IMG/VR virus record: IMGVR_UViG_3300025769_000133
Coordinates: 1-57,579 of that record
DNA: 57,579 nt
Strand: one strand, 5' to 3'
Source of the DNA: a virus
Taxonomy: Duplodnaviria > Caudoviricetes
The position numbers and the translations under genes were made by a program. Below are positions 1-9,139 of this stretch, piece after piece (the stretch's first letter is position 1; each line of letters begins with the position of its first letter). The notes under the pieces are model-generated. The model was not told where the DNA came from. It did no database searches and worked only from the letters and a program-made list of their open reading frames with translations.

Positions 1-2
1 AA

Positions 3-779
3 CCAAAGCTTGACGGCGTACGTTGTTTATTTACAAAAGATGGTGCTTTCTCACGTGCAGGCAATCAATTTATGAATGTAGAGCATATAGAACATGACTT
101 AAAACCAGTATTTAACAGATACCCTAACCTAATACTAGACGGCGAACTATACAACCACGGTCTAAAAGATGACTTCGAAAAAATTATATCGTTAGTTAGA
201 AAGAAAAAACCAACTAAAGATAACAGAATTGAAGCAGCTCAGCAAGTACAATACCATATGTACGACGTAGCTAGCTTTCCAAACGCGACTTACACGTGGC
301 GTATGGGTTTTATTAATAGATTAACTGACTCTAGTATGGTGAGAACTAGCAACTGTCTAGTAGTCACTGAAAGTAAAGTAGCGCTAGATCTTGATGACGC
401 TATGGCTTTTCACAGTAAAAACCTACAACTAGGTTATGAAGGCAGTATGTATAGAACATTAGACGGCTATTACAAAGGTACAAGATCATGGGATCTTATG
501 AAATTTAAAGATTTCCACGATGACGAAGCAGTTATCGTAGGCTATGAAACAGGTAAAGGTAAGCGACAAGGCACGCTCGGTAAGTTCATCATGCAAGATG
601 ACGAAGGCATAGAGTTCGGCTGTCCACCGGGCAAAGGATATGACTACAAGGATCTTGCAGGTATGCTCAATAACGTTCATGACTATATAGGTCAACGTGC
701 TACCTTTACTTACTTTCAAAGAACTAAAGCAGGTTCTTACAGACACCCACATTATAAATGTCTACGTAACTACGAATGA
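3..779 (+). CDS. lig: ATP-dependent DNA ligase (5' truncated by window edge)
   Basis: Frame is open upstream of ATG 72 and reads PKLDGVRC (KxDGxR adenylation motif). Also LDGELY, YEGSMYR, LMKFK and a C-terminal OB fold. Confidence 0.92.
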   Translation, partial: PKLDGVRCLFTKDGAFSRAGNQFMNVEHIEHDLKPVFNRYPNLILDGELYNHGLKDDFEKIISLVRKKKPTKDNRIEAAQQVQYHMYDVASFPNATYTWRMGFINRLTDSSMVRTSNCLVVTESKVALDLDDAMAFHSKNLQLGYEGSMYRTLDGYYKGTRSWDLMKFKDFHDDEAVIVGYETGKGKRQGTLGKFIMQDDEGIEFGCPPGKGYDYKDLAGMLNNVHDYIGQRATFTYFQRTKAGSYRHPHYKCLRNYE

Positions 780-1285
780 ATATATTTTATTTACATAAAG
801 ACCCAGTTATTGCTGCTAAGGTACAATACAACAAACATGTTGTTAAGATGATCTTAGAATCAGCCCAGATGCTTTGTACAGCGCATCATCATTATGCTGA
901 ACAGTATGATTATGACAATAGTTATATACCTTACAAAAAAGCTCATTACAATCATCCATCTACAATATGGACACGTGAAAGTGATGAGCATTACTTCTGG
1001 CTGTTTAACCACATGATGGCGTTAGGTAAAGAATATACTAAACGATACGGTAAAACACATTTATCTATTAATAAGTGTTTCTTACCATTATATAGAATAC
1101 CAAATGGTATACCGAGCAATGGTTTTACACAACCACCTCAATGTATGCCTGACGAATTTAAAGACAAATGTAGTGTTAAAGCTTACTGGAACTACTACAT
1201 AGGAGAAAAACATACAGTAGCTAATAAAAACGAGAAGATATATGAGAAAGCTGATATGGAAACTATACAACGAAAATATGATTAG
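776..1285 (+). CDS. Pyrimidine-dimer DNA glycosylase (DenV/endonuclease V-like) family protein
   Basis: MNIFYL...KHVVKMILESAQML...YKKAHYNHPSTIW...EYTKRYGKTH signature; ATGA overlap with ligase. Confidence 0.72.
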   Translation: MNIFYLHKDPVIAAKVQYNKHVVKMILESAQMLCTAHHHYAEQYDYDNSYIPYKKAHYNHPSTIWTRESDEHYFWLFNHMMALGKEYTKRYGKTHLSINKCFLPLYRIPNGIPSNGFTQPPQCMPDEFKDKCSVKAYWNYYIGEKHTVANKNEKIYEKADMETIQRKYD

Positions 1286-1328
1286 CGAAGAAGTAGCTAA
1301 CTTGTTACTAGATAAACATTACGAATGA
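1242..1328 (+). CDS. Small hypothetical protein, 28 aa (MRKLIWKLYNENMISEEVANLLLDKHYE)
   Basis: Read by hand; its TGA overlaps the ATG of the next ORF (ATGA 1325-1328). Confidence 0.45.
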   Translation: MRKLIWKLYNENMISEEVANLLLDKHYE

Positions 1329-1522
1329 GAAGATACAGACACGAATTAATTAGATATCTTAAATATAAAAAGCATGTGTCTGTAGTTGAAACAAGATTAA
1401 TGCATTTAAGAAATAAATTATGCAAACAAGCAGTATTACACGGTAACATTGATATTGTTACTAGAAAACAGTATTTAAAATATAATAAATATTTATTAAA
1501 ATTAATACATGGCATCAAGTAA
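1325..1522 (+). CDS. Hypothetical basic protein, 65 aa
   Basis: ORF track; co-oriented and tightly packed. Confidence 0.55.
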   Translation: MRRYRHELIRYLKYKKHVSVVETRLMHLRNKLCKQAVLHGNIDIVTRKQYLKYNKYLLKLIHGIK

Positions 1523-1646
1523 AAGAGATTATATGGAAACATACGACCCTTTATCATCAAGATATTATAATATAATACTTGAAAAGATTAAAGAAGAACA
1601 AATGATTTACGAGACATTGTGTGACACAAGGTCTAAAGATAAATAA
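1509..1646 (+). CDS. Small hypothetical protein, 45 aa (MASSKRDYMETYDP...)
   Basis: Read by hand; fills the gap between neighbours. Confidence 0.45.
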   Translation: MASSKRDYMETYDPLSSRYYNIILEKIKEEQMIYETLCDTRSKDK

Positions 1647-1656
1647 TAATAGGCTA

Positions 1657-2280
1657 ATGTCACAAAGAACTATGAAATACCTAAATGATAACCGCATCAT
1701 TTACCGAAAGTATTCTGAAGATCAACCCACAAAGGAATATAAATGGGGTTGGTACTATGCTGATGGTACACATGGGTATTATAGTCTGTTTAATAGCCCA
1801 GCTAAGATAACTACAGTAAAATCTTTAAAGTGGCATTTATTAACTCTTTGGTGGTTAAATCCTAGTATGGATAAAACTAAGTTTAACGAATTAGCTACAG
1901 TAATTATACACAAACCTAACGGTTTTATTACTTTTAATGTATCAAACTTAATGCTAAACACAATAATAAATGATGTTTATATGCAAGATCTTGAAAGACC
2001 ACCTAAGAATAAATTACGCAAAGTAGTTTTTAAAGACGGAACAGGTTTATCTAAAATAGAAAAACTTAAAATTGTAGGACAATTGGTTGGTAGATCAACT
2101 AAAGTTAATGAACCGGTTATATATCAATGTATGTTGGATATAAATAATGTTGGTAAGAAAATAACAATTGAACATATAGCTAAAATATTAAAGTGTTCAA
2201 GTAGAACAATACATAGAAATATGAGCACAGAGCTAAAAAAAGAAAAAGATCTTTTAAATATAGAAAATGAAAAAATATAA
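1657..2280 (+). CDS. DNA-binding protein with C-terminal helix-turn-helix
   Basis: C-terminal TIEHIAKILKCSSRTIHRNM HTH pattern. ATG 1657 preferred over GTG 1621. Confidence 0.65.
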   Translation: MSQRTMKYLNDNRIIYRKYSEDQPTKEYKWGWYYADGTHGYYSLFNSPAKITTVKSLKWHLLTLWWLNPSMDKTKFNELATVIIHKPNGFITFNVSNLMLNTIINDVYMQDLERPPKNKLRKVVFKDGTGLSKIEKLKIVGQLVGRSTKVNEPVIYQCMLDINNVGKKITIEHIAKILKCSSRTIHRNMSTELKKEKDLLNIENEKI

Positions 2281-3028
2281 TATCAAAAACTATATAAGAT
2301 GGAAAGAAGATGTTAAATTAGCCATAGCTAGAATAACAATAAAAGATTATATAGAATACTCAGATAAAGAACTAAAAATTATATTTTTACCTTTAGTTGA
2401 GAACGTAGCTAGAAAATTTTCAACAGCGCAAGAAGCCTCAGGTGTAATGTCTATAATGGATCTAGTACAAGAAGGTAGTTTACAACTATGTAAAGCTGTA
2501 GGAAAACTAGATAGAGACAAACTAGCGGAATCAGAGGATAAATTAAAATCTTTAAAATCTTTTTTCGCTAAAAGAATAAGAGGTGGTATACGTAGAGAAA
2601 TAGATAAAAACAGAGCTCAAATGAGAATACCTGAACACAAGCTTAATGAAATACGTAAAGATGGTGGTAAAGACAAAAAAATGGTAGCTATGTTTTTTAA
2701 TTCAATGTTTTTAAGTATTGATAATAAACCTTATGATGATGATGATGATATGATATACCAAATACCTGACAAGTCAGATCCGTATAACGAAGAAATGTTA
2801 AATGCTTATATAATGAGTTTATTAACAAAACATCTCAATTGGAATGAAATGTTTACTCTTGAAAAAAGCTATGGCTTAACAGGTCCTAAATGGTCTGCTA
2901 AAGAAATAGCTGAAAAACTAGACATAAAAGGAATATCATCTTATGTTCGTGTTTCAGAGATTAAAAGACAAGCTGTTGACAAGCTTATAGAAAACGTAGA
3001 TCACTCGCAAGTGGTTGATTTCCTGTAA
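2267..3028 (+). CDS. Phage sigma-70 family RNA polymerase sigma factor
   Basis: Region 2: LPLVENVARKF...DLVQEGSLQLCKAV...RIRGGIRR...MRIP. Region 4 HTH: SAKEIAEKL...VRVSEIKRQAVDKL. Confidence 0.85.
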   Translation: MKKYNIKNYIRWKEDVKLAIARITIKDYIEYSDKELKIIFLPLVENVARKFSTAQEASGVMSIMDLVQEGSLQLCKAVGKLDRDKLAESEDKLKSLKSFFAKRIRGGIRREIDKNRAQMRIPEHKLNEIRKDGGKDKKMVAMFFNSMFLSIDNKPYDDDDDMIYQIPDKSDPYNEEMLNAYIMSLLTKHLNWNEMFTLEKSYGLTGPKWSAKEIAEKLDIKGISSYVRVSEIKRQAVDKLIENVDHSQVVDFL

Positions 3029-3071
3029 GTTACCTATGTAAAACAATTAAATAATATGTAATTATAATAGT

Positions 3072-3599
3072 ATGACAATTAACGAAAAATTATCAAAAAT
3101 CCAAGTTGAGTTTAAATCAAAGAAATCTAGATTTAACTCGTTCGGTAAGTACAATTTCCGTTCTGCCGAAGACATTCTCGAAGCAACAAAACCCTTTTTA
3201 AAGGAGCTAAACGTTACTGTTACAGTAGATGAAGAGCTAGTATCATTTGACCCACCAGTTATGCAGGTTACTGCTAAAATATCTGATGGTAAAGATTCAA
3301 TAAACTCTAAAGCTGTAGTTGGTGTAGACTTAGATCAAAAAGGTATGCAAATGCCACAGAGATACGGCGCTGCAAGTTCATACGGTAAAAAGTATGCACT
3401 TGGTAATCTGTTCTTGATTGATGACACTCAAGATTCAGACGCAACGAACACACACGGCAAAGCAACTGCCGCTAAACAAACAATGACTAAAGAGTCTTTA
3501 GCTAAAGCAAAAGAGTATATTGCAAAAGGCGGTAGCTTAAATGCTATTAAAGCTAAATATGTAGTCACAAAAAAGCATGAAGAAATGCTAACACTATGA
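3072..3599 (+). CDS. erf: Erf-family single-strand annealing recombinase
   Basis: KYNFRSAEDILEA and GAASSYGKKYALGNLF signature motifs. Confidence 0.85.
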   Translation: MTINEKLSKIQVEFKSKKSRFNSFGKYNFRSAEDILEATKPFLKELNVTVTVDEELVSFDPPVMQVTAKISDGKDSINSKAVVGVDLDQKGMQMPQRYGAASSYGKKYALGNLFLIDDTQDSDATNTHGKATAAKQTMTKESLAKAKEYIAKGGSLNAIKAKYVVTKKHEEMLTL

Positions 3600-4327
3600 A
3601 GAAAGAAAAGATAATAGAAATGCTAAGAGAAGATAAGCATTACTACGGTGACTTTGGTAAACAGTATTTAAGTAATTCAGATATATCTACATTACTTAAA
3701 AATCCATTAGCTTTAAAAGAACCTAGTAAGTCAAATGCTCACTTCTTAGTAGGAGGCTATTTTCACACTGCTATATTAGAACCAGATAAACTTAAGAATT
3801 TTAAGATTATTGATTCTAGTAGCAGAAACACTAAGGTCTATAAAGAAATGTCCGGTGGTGAAATGTGCTTGCTACAGCATGAGGTTGACTTAGTTGACAA
3901 TCTAATTTCTACAATGCTAAACAATAAAGTTTGCAGAGACCTCATCGCAGAAGAAAAAGGCGAATATGAAGTACCTGCAATAACTGAGTTGTTCGGTCAA
4001 ATGTGGAAAGGTAAAGCAGACGTTGTTAATCACAACGAAAAATTAATAATAGATCTTAAAACAACTTCTGATCTTGATAACTTTAAATGGAACGCTAAAA
4101 AATATAATTATGATTCTCAAGCTTACATTTATAGAAAACTATTTGGTTATGAATTTATATTTATAGCAATAGATAAAAAATCAGGTCAAATAGGTTTGTT
4201 CGACTGTTCTGATAAATTTTATAATTCAGGTATGGAAAAAGTTGAGAAAGCATCAGAAGCTTACGATCTATTTTATAACACAGAGGGATTTGACCCTCAC
4301 CAATATTTTATAAACCAAACCCTATAA
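3596..4327 (+). CDS. PD-(D/E)xK exonuclease (RecE/exonuclease VIII-like)
   Basis: LSNSDI, GGYFHTAILEP, KGKAD...IIDLKTT, YNYDSQAYIY; adjacent to Erf. Confidence 0.82.
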   Translation: MKKEKIIEMLREDKHYYGDFGKQYLSNSDISTLLKNPLALKEPSKSNAHFLVGGYFHTAILEPDKLKNFKIIDSSSRNTKVYKEMSGGEMCLLQHEVDLVDNLISTMLNNKVCRDLIAEEKGEYEVPAITELFGQMWKGKADVVNHNEKLIIDLKTTSDLDNFKWNAKKYNYDSQAYIYRKLFGYEFIFIAIDKKSGQIGLFDCSDKFYNSGMEKVEKASEAYDLFYNTEGFDPHQYFINQTL

Positions 4328-4328
4328 T

Positions 4329-4646
4329 ATGGCAGGAATAATTAAAGCGAGCATTAACTTAAATGCAATAGACAAATCAAAAATAATAGAAGGTAAGAAA
4401 GGAAAGTATTTGCCCATTACAATTACGGTGAATGACGAACCTGACCAATTTGGAAACCAAGGTCCAGTAACAATGGATCAAACCAAAGAAGAAAGAGAAG
4501 CTAAAACACCTAAACAATATCTAGGTAATGTTAAGGTTGTTTGGACTAACGGAACTTTCCCTGATAAAATACCATACGAGCAAAACGGTCAAGCTCCACA
4601 ACAAACTAAACAACCAGCAAAAGTAGAAGACGATCTACCATTTTAA
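4329..4646 (+). CDS. Probable single-stranded DNA-binding protein
   Basis: Small beta-rich protein with Gln/Pro linker and acidic DDLPF C-terminus, between recombinase and primase. Confidence 0.7.
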   Translation: MAGIIKASINLNAIDKSKIIEGKKGKYLPITITVNDEPDQFGNQGPVTMDQTKEEREAKTPKQYLGNVKVVWTNGTFPDKIPYEQNGQAPQQTKQPAKVEDDLPF

Positions 4647-4655
4647 TTAAATCAA

Positions 4656-6368
4656 ATGCAAGTCGAACAAACAGAGATCAATGGTTTTCAAATTGAAAAC
4701 TTTAATCAGCACGGCTTAGAAGCAGGTAAAACGCAGGGGATTTGTCCCCTGTGTTCGTCTTCTAGGAAACCTGAGAATAAGAAAGCTAAATGTGCTTCTT
4801 ATGATTGGGAGCGTGGTCTCGGTACTTGCCATAACTGTGATAGCAGTTTTCAACTACACACATACAAACGTAAAGGTAAAGCTGAACGTGAATATGTTAT
4901 GCCTGAAGTTAAAAAGGTTGATCTTGTAGTTGATAAAACGTTAGAATGGTTTAAGACTAGAGGAATATCTAAGGATACACTAGATGAATTAAAAGTTAGT
5001 GTTGGTAAAGAATATATGCCTCAGACCGGCAAAGCCGAGAATACTATACAGTTTAATTATTATGTAGGTGGACAACTTACTAACGTTAAATACAGAGATG
5101 GTAGAAAAAACTTTAAGCTTTATAAAGGAGCTGAAAAAGTATTTTATAACATAGACAATATTGTAGGTCATGATACCTGTGTGATAGTTGAAGGTGAAAT
5201 GGATGTTTTAGCTTTACACGAAGCAGGTGTACCAAATGCAATATCAGTTCCAAATGGAGCTACACTTAACACGAACAATCTAGACTATTTAGACAACTGT
5301 ATTGATTATTTTGATGATAAGTCTAAAATAATTATTGCAGTTGATTCAGATGCACCGGGACAAGCCCTACAGACTGAATTGATACGTAGACTTGGAGCTG
5401 AGACTTGTTATATAACTACGTTTGATGATTGCAAAGATGCTAATGAGTATTTAGTTAAGCACTCTAGTAAGGAGCTATTGTCACGTATTACAAATGCAAA
5501 ACCTGTACCGTTAGAAAACGTTACTACATTTAGAGATATAGAAGATGAAATTACAGACTTTGTTAGAAATGGTTTTAAGCGTGGTCACACTATTGGCCTT
5601 GATAACTTTGATAGTATTTTTAGCACATATACTAAACAGTTTATCACAGTTACAGGAATCCCTAGCTCTGGTAAGTCAGATTTTGTAGATCAAATGGTTG
5701 TAGGTTATAATAAAGAGTATGAATGGAAGACAGCGTTTGCTTCACCTGAAAATGCTCCTACATATTTACATGCACACAAGTTAATGCGTAAAGTATGGGG
5801 TGATATGCCTGACAAAGGAGATATTGGTGGAGATAAATGGAATCAAGTAGCTGAACATGTTAATGATAACTTTTTCTTTATTGATATGGAACGTTACACT
5901 CTTGAGTCTGTATTACGTAAAGGAGCTGAGCTCGTGAAACGTAAAGGTATTAAATGTCTAGTTATTGATCCATTTAATAAAGTTAGAGATGTTGACTGTA
6001 CAACAGAGGACGTTAACCGTTACACGATGGAATATCTAACTAAGATTGAAACCTTTGCTAAGAAATATGATGTGCTAGTATTTATAGTAGCTCATCCAAC
6101 TAAAATGTATAAAACACAAGATGGTAAAATTGAAGAACCGACTATGTATAATATTAAAGGTGGCGGCGAATGGTACGATGCTAGCTATCATGGTCTTCTT
6201 GTACATCGTGATTATGAGCTTAAGACAACTAAAGTTAAAGTTCTTAAATGTAAATTTCAGAACCTTGGCGAAAACGGTGCTGAAGCACATTTTACGTGGG
6301 AGCCACGCTCAGGATGCTTCATACCGGAAATAAAACCAGAACTAGAAGAAAAAATGCCATGGGAATAA
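4656..6368 (+). CDS. Primase-helicase (T7 gp4/Twinkle-like)
   Basis: Zn finger CPLC...CHNC; TOPRIM IVEGEMD and DSDAPG; Walker A GIPSSGKS; LVIDP; VAHPTK. Confidence 0.93.
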   Translation: MQVEQTEINGFQIENFNQHGLEAGKTQGICPLCSSSRKPENKKAKCASYDWERGLGTCHNCDSSFQLHTYKRKGKAEREYVMPEVKKVDLVVDKTLEWFKTRGISKDTLDELKVSVGKEYMPQTGKAENTIQFNYYVGGQLTNVKYRDGRKNFKLYKGAEKVFYNIDNIVGHDTCVIVEGEMDVLALHEAGVPNAISVPNGATLNTNNLDYLDNCIDYFDDKSKIIIAVDSDAPGQALQTELIRRLGAETCYITTFDDCKDANEYLVKHSSKELLSRITNAKPVPLENVTTFRDIEDEITDFVRNGFKRGHTIGLDNFDSIFSTYTKQFITVTGIPSSGKSDFVDQMVVGYNKEYEWKTAFASPENAPTYLHAHKLMRKVWGDMPDKGDIGGDKWNQVAEHVNDNFFFIDMERYTLESVLRKGAELVKRKGIKCLVIDPFNKVRDVDCTTEDVNRYTMEYLTKIETFAKKYDVLVFIVAHPTKMYKTQDGKIEEPTMYNIKGGGEWYDASYHGLLVHRDYELKTTKVKVLKCKFQNLGENGAEAHFTWEPRSGCFIPEIKPELEEKMPWE

Positions 6369-6661
6369 AATATATAATAGCAGCGTTATTGTTTACAAGT
6401 TGTAATGTAAGTTCTAAAGTATTAGAAAAATACAACAATGATAACTTCAATTACGTAGGCAGAACAGTAACATATGAAGATGAAGTTGTAGCTAAATTAA
6501 AAGCTATTGAATTATCATACGACGGAGGTGAATTAATATATGAAGCCACGTTTGAATTAACAAACAGCAAATACAACCCTTATGCTATCAACGTTATTAA
6601 AATAGCTAGAATGCATCCCAAAATGAAAGACTGGGATATAGAGGTTGAACTTAAGTATTAA
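6359..6661 (+). CDS. Putative lipoprotein, 100 aa
   Basis: ATG 6359 gives MGIKYIIAALLFTS-C, a signal peptide II with lipobox. Confidence 0.6.
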   Translation: MGIKYIIAALLFTSCNVSSKVLEKYNNDNFNYVGRTVTYEDEVVAKLKAIELSYDGGELIYEATFELTNSKYNPYAINVIKIARMHPKMKDWDIEVELKY

Positions 6662-6918
6662 TGACACCTAAAAAGGTTGATTGGAAACCACCTTTATGGG
6701 ATAAATCAAACACTGAAGCATACCAATGGTGTATAAAACATGGTATCAAAATATACTCCGTGCCTTGCGGTAAAGGTTTTAGCAACAAGACTTGTTGGAT
6801 AGAGGTAAATGTAAACGGAAGAAAACAATTAAGTCCAGGAACTTATGGTCCAACAGAATTATGGCCTAAAGTTATGGAACTATATAAATTTTATTATGAT
6901 AAAAACATTCGCAAATAA
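6661..6918 (+). CDS. Hypothetical protein, 85 aa
   Basis: ORF track; TAATG coupling with upstream gene. Confidence 0.65.
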   Translation: MTPKKVDWKPPLWDKSNTEAYQWCIKHGIKIYSVPCGKGFSNKTCWIEVNVNGRKQLSPGTYGPTELWPKVMELYKFYYDKNIRK

Positions 6919-7609
6919 ATTTAGAAATGCAGACGATGCTTTTTCATATTGGTATCAATGCATAGAACACTATGGTACTGAATTTGCAGGTACAAAAGCT
7001 TTATTTAATATAGGTTTTGAAATGGAAAAGCCAGACCAAATAGATATCAAACAGTCATGGCGTAACTGGAAAAAAGACTATGCGTCAGCAGAGTTTCAAT
7101 GGTATTTAACAGGTGATCCTAACATTAGCAAGTTAGGAGATATATACGGTAAAGTACCTAAGATATGGACTAAGATGGCTAATGAGCTTGGTCAAGTTAA
7201 TTCTAATTATGGGGCACAATGGGAAAGACGTGGTCAATTAGACAAAGTTATTAAAATGCTAAGACGTAACCCAGACACTAGACAAGCTACGATATCTATA
7301 TATGATGGCAAAGAAATGGATCAATATAAATATGATACACCTTGTACCTACGCAATACAGTTCACAGTTGTAAACGACAAACTTAATATGTGTGTGACGA
7401 TGCGATCTAATGATCTCTGGTACGGTTTTTGTAATGATCAGTATTGTTTTGCAAGACTGCAGCAAATGGTTGCAGAGGAAACAGATTACGAACTAGGATC
7501 TTATTTTCATTTTGCACATAATTTACATTTGTATGAAAAAGATTTAGGAAAGTTCTTACCGCAAAAGCCTGATAATCTGCTACAAAGAAAACACGACATA
7601 TATGGATAA
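6896..7609 (+). CDS. Thymidylate-synthase-fold enzyme with dCMP hydroxymethylase-like active site
   Basis: NSNYG, TRQA, DTPCT (catalytic Cys at 7343), MRSNDLWYGFCND, HFAHNLHLY. Asp at the position of E. coli ThyA Asn177. ATG 6896 is the likely start. Confidence 0.85.
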   Translation: MIKTFANKFRNADDAFSYWYQCIEHYGTEFAGTKALFNIGFEMEKPDQIDIKQSWRNWKKDYASAEFQWYLTGDPNISKLGDIYGKVPKIWTKMANELGQVNSNYGAQWERRGQLDKVIKMLRRNPDTRQATISIYDGKEMDQYKYDTPCTYAIQFTVVNDKLNMCVTMRSNDLWYGFCNDQYCFARLQQMVAEETDYELGSYFHFAHNLHLYEKDLGKFLPQKPDNLLQRKHDIYG

Positions 7610-8429
7610 AGAAATAACATATTATTTATACCACATCCCGGGTAAAAAGATTGGTGTAACACGTAATCTTATAGACAGAGTTACAACACAACAGGGATAT
7701 ACCCTAGACGAAATAGAAGTTCTAGATCAAAGCACAGATATCGATTATATATCAAGCCGCGAGTTAGAACTTCAAAAGTCTTACGGCTATCGAGTCGACC
7801 TTAAACCTTATAAACAATTATTTAAAATGAAAATTAACGCAACCGAACAAACCAGCACATTTCCTGTACCTTTAAACAAATTAAAAGGTAGGTTAATGGA
7901 TTCAATAGGATTAACATGGGAAACAATCCATGGTAAATTTGAAGTAACTAAAGAAACAATAGAATGGATAATACAAAATGCATCCGTGTCTATGTTTAAC
8001 AAAAATAGATCATACATATATAACAAAGCTTTCTATGAAAAATTTCTTAACGAAGCTAAGTCAGAAGCTAAGTTATTTTACGAACAGCTTACGAACAGAT
8101 CAAACTCTACTAATGGTGTTTCATATGTTCAAACAGATAACAGGTTTGAATTAATAAGACAATGGGCAAAAGATAGAAACTTATATGATAAAGGCGATAC
8201 AAAAACACAGTTTGCTAAACTAATGGAAGAGTCTGGCGAATTAGCTAGAGCTATATTAAAAGATGATAAGACAGAATTTGTAGATGCTATCGGGGATATG
8301 GTTGTTGTATTAACAAACCTAGCTCATTTAGGCGGTACTAACATTGAAGACTGTATTGACTCAGCGTACGACGTTATTAGAAAGAGAACTGGTAAAATGG
8401 TTAACGGAACATTTGTGAAAAATGACTAA
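7602..8429 (+). CDS. Fusion of N-terminal GIY-YIG-like domain and C-terminal MazG-like NTP pyrophosphohydrolase
   Basis: N-term YYLY...KIGVTRNL..R...RE. C-term KLMEESGELARA...DAIGDMVVVL..LA...AYDVIRKRTGKMVNGTFVK. Confidence 0.75.
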   Translation: MDKEITYYLYHIPGKKIGVTRNLIDRVTTQQGYTLDEIEVLDQSTDIDYISSRELELQKSYGYRVDLKPYKQLFKMKINATEQTSTFPVPLNKLKGRLMDSIGLTWETIHGKFEVTKETIEWIIQNASVSMFNKNRSYIYNKAFYEKFLNEAKSEAKLFYEQLTNRSNSTNGVSYVQTDNRFELIRQWAKDRNLYDKGDTKTQFAKLMEESGELARAILKDDKTEFVDAIGDMVVVLTNLAHLGGTNIEDCIDSAYDVIRKRTGKMVNGTFVKND

Positions 8430-8709
8430 GAAAGAAATAAAATTTAGAGACCCTGTAGTTGAACGCGTTGTTGATAAGTTCGTGGAACGATCAGACGTAG
8501 GGTTTGAAAAATATAAAAAAACACTAGACACTGAACGTAAGACTGGTGTTAAAGACTTAGCTGGATATCTTAATGATGTACAGGAAGAGTTAATGGATGC
8601 GATATTGTATATTCAAGCAGCACGTGAAGAGCTGTCTGAAGCTAAAGACAAAGTCTACGGCGAAAGTATTAACGGTTTACCATATTATGTCTCGGATATT
8701 GCGTCGTAA
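8422..8709 (+). CDS. Small all-alpha nucleotide pyrophosphohydrolase-like protein
   Basis: RSDVGFEKYKKTL...LNDVQEELMDAILY (EExxD acidic helix). Confidence 0.55.
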   Translation: MTKKEIKFRDPVVERVVDKFVERSDVGFEKYKKTLDTERKTGVKDLAGYLNDVQEELMDAILYIQAAREELSEAKDKVYGESINGLPYYVSDIAS

Positions 8710-9139
8710 AAAACGCGGTCCAGTTAGAGCCAAAAAGAAAGTTGTAGATGGTATAGAGTTTAAGTCAGGACTTGAAGCATATATGTATAAAGCTTTAAAA
8801 GAAGCAGGTATACAGGCTGAGTATGAAGGGGTAAAGTATGAACTTACCCCTTCATTTGACTTTAATAACAATAGTTATGAGCGACAAGGAAATGGAAAAG
8901 GCGAGTATAAAAATCGCGGAGGCAAAAAAATACTTAAAATCTCTTATACACCTGATTTTACAGGAAGGGGATTTATCATTGAGTGTAAAGGAAGGGCAAA
9001 CGAATCTTTTCCTATACGTTGGAAACTATTTAAGAAATATGTCAGCGAACGACTTCATAGCGTTACTCTATATAAACCACAAAATCAAAAAGAATGCGAC
9101 GAAACCGTGAACTTAATTCTTGGGAAAAAAAAGACTTAG
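8687..9139 (+). CDS. T7 endonuclease I-like Holliday junction resolvase
   Basis: FKSGLE...YE...YTPDF...IIECKG. ATG 8687 is the likely start. Confidence 0.8.
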   Translation: MSRILRRKKRGPVRAKKKVVDGIEFKSGLEAYMYKALKEAGIQAEYEGVKYELTPSFDFNNNSYERQGNGKGEYKNRGGKKILKISYTPDFTGRGFIIECKGRANESFPIRWKLFKKYVSERLHSVTLYKPQNQKECDETVNLILGKKKT

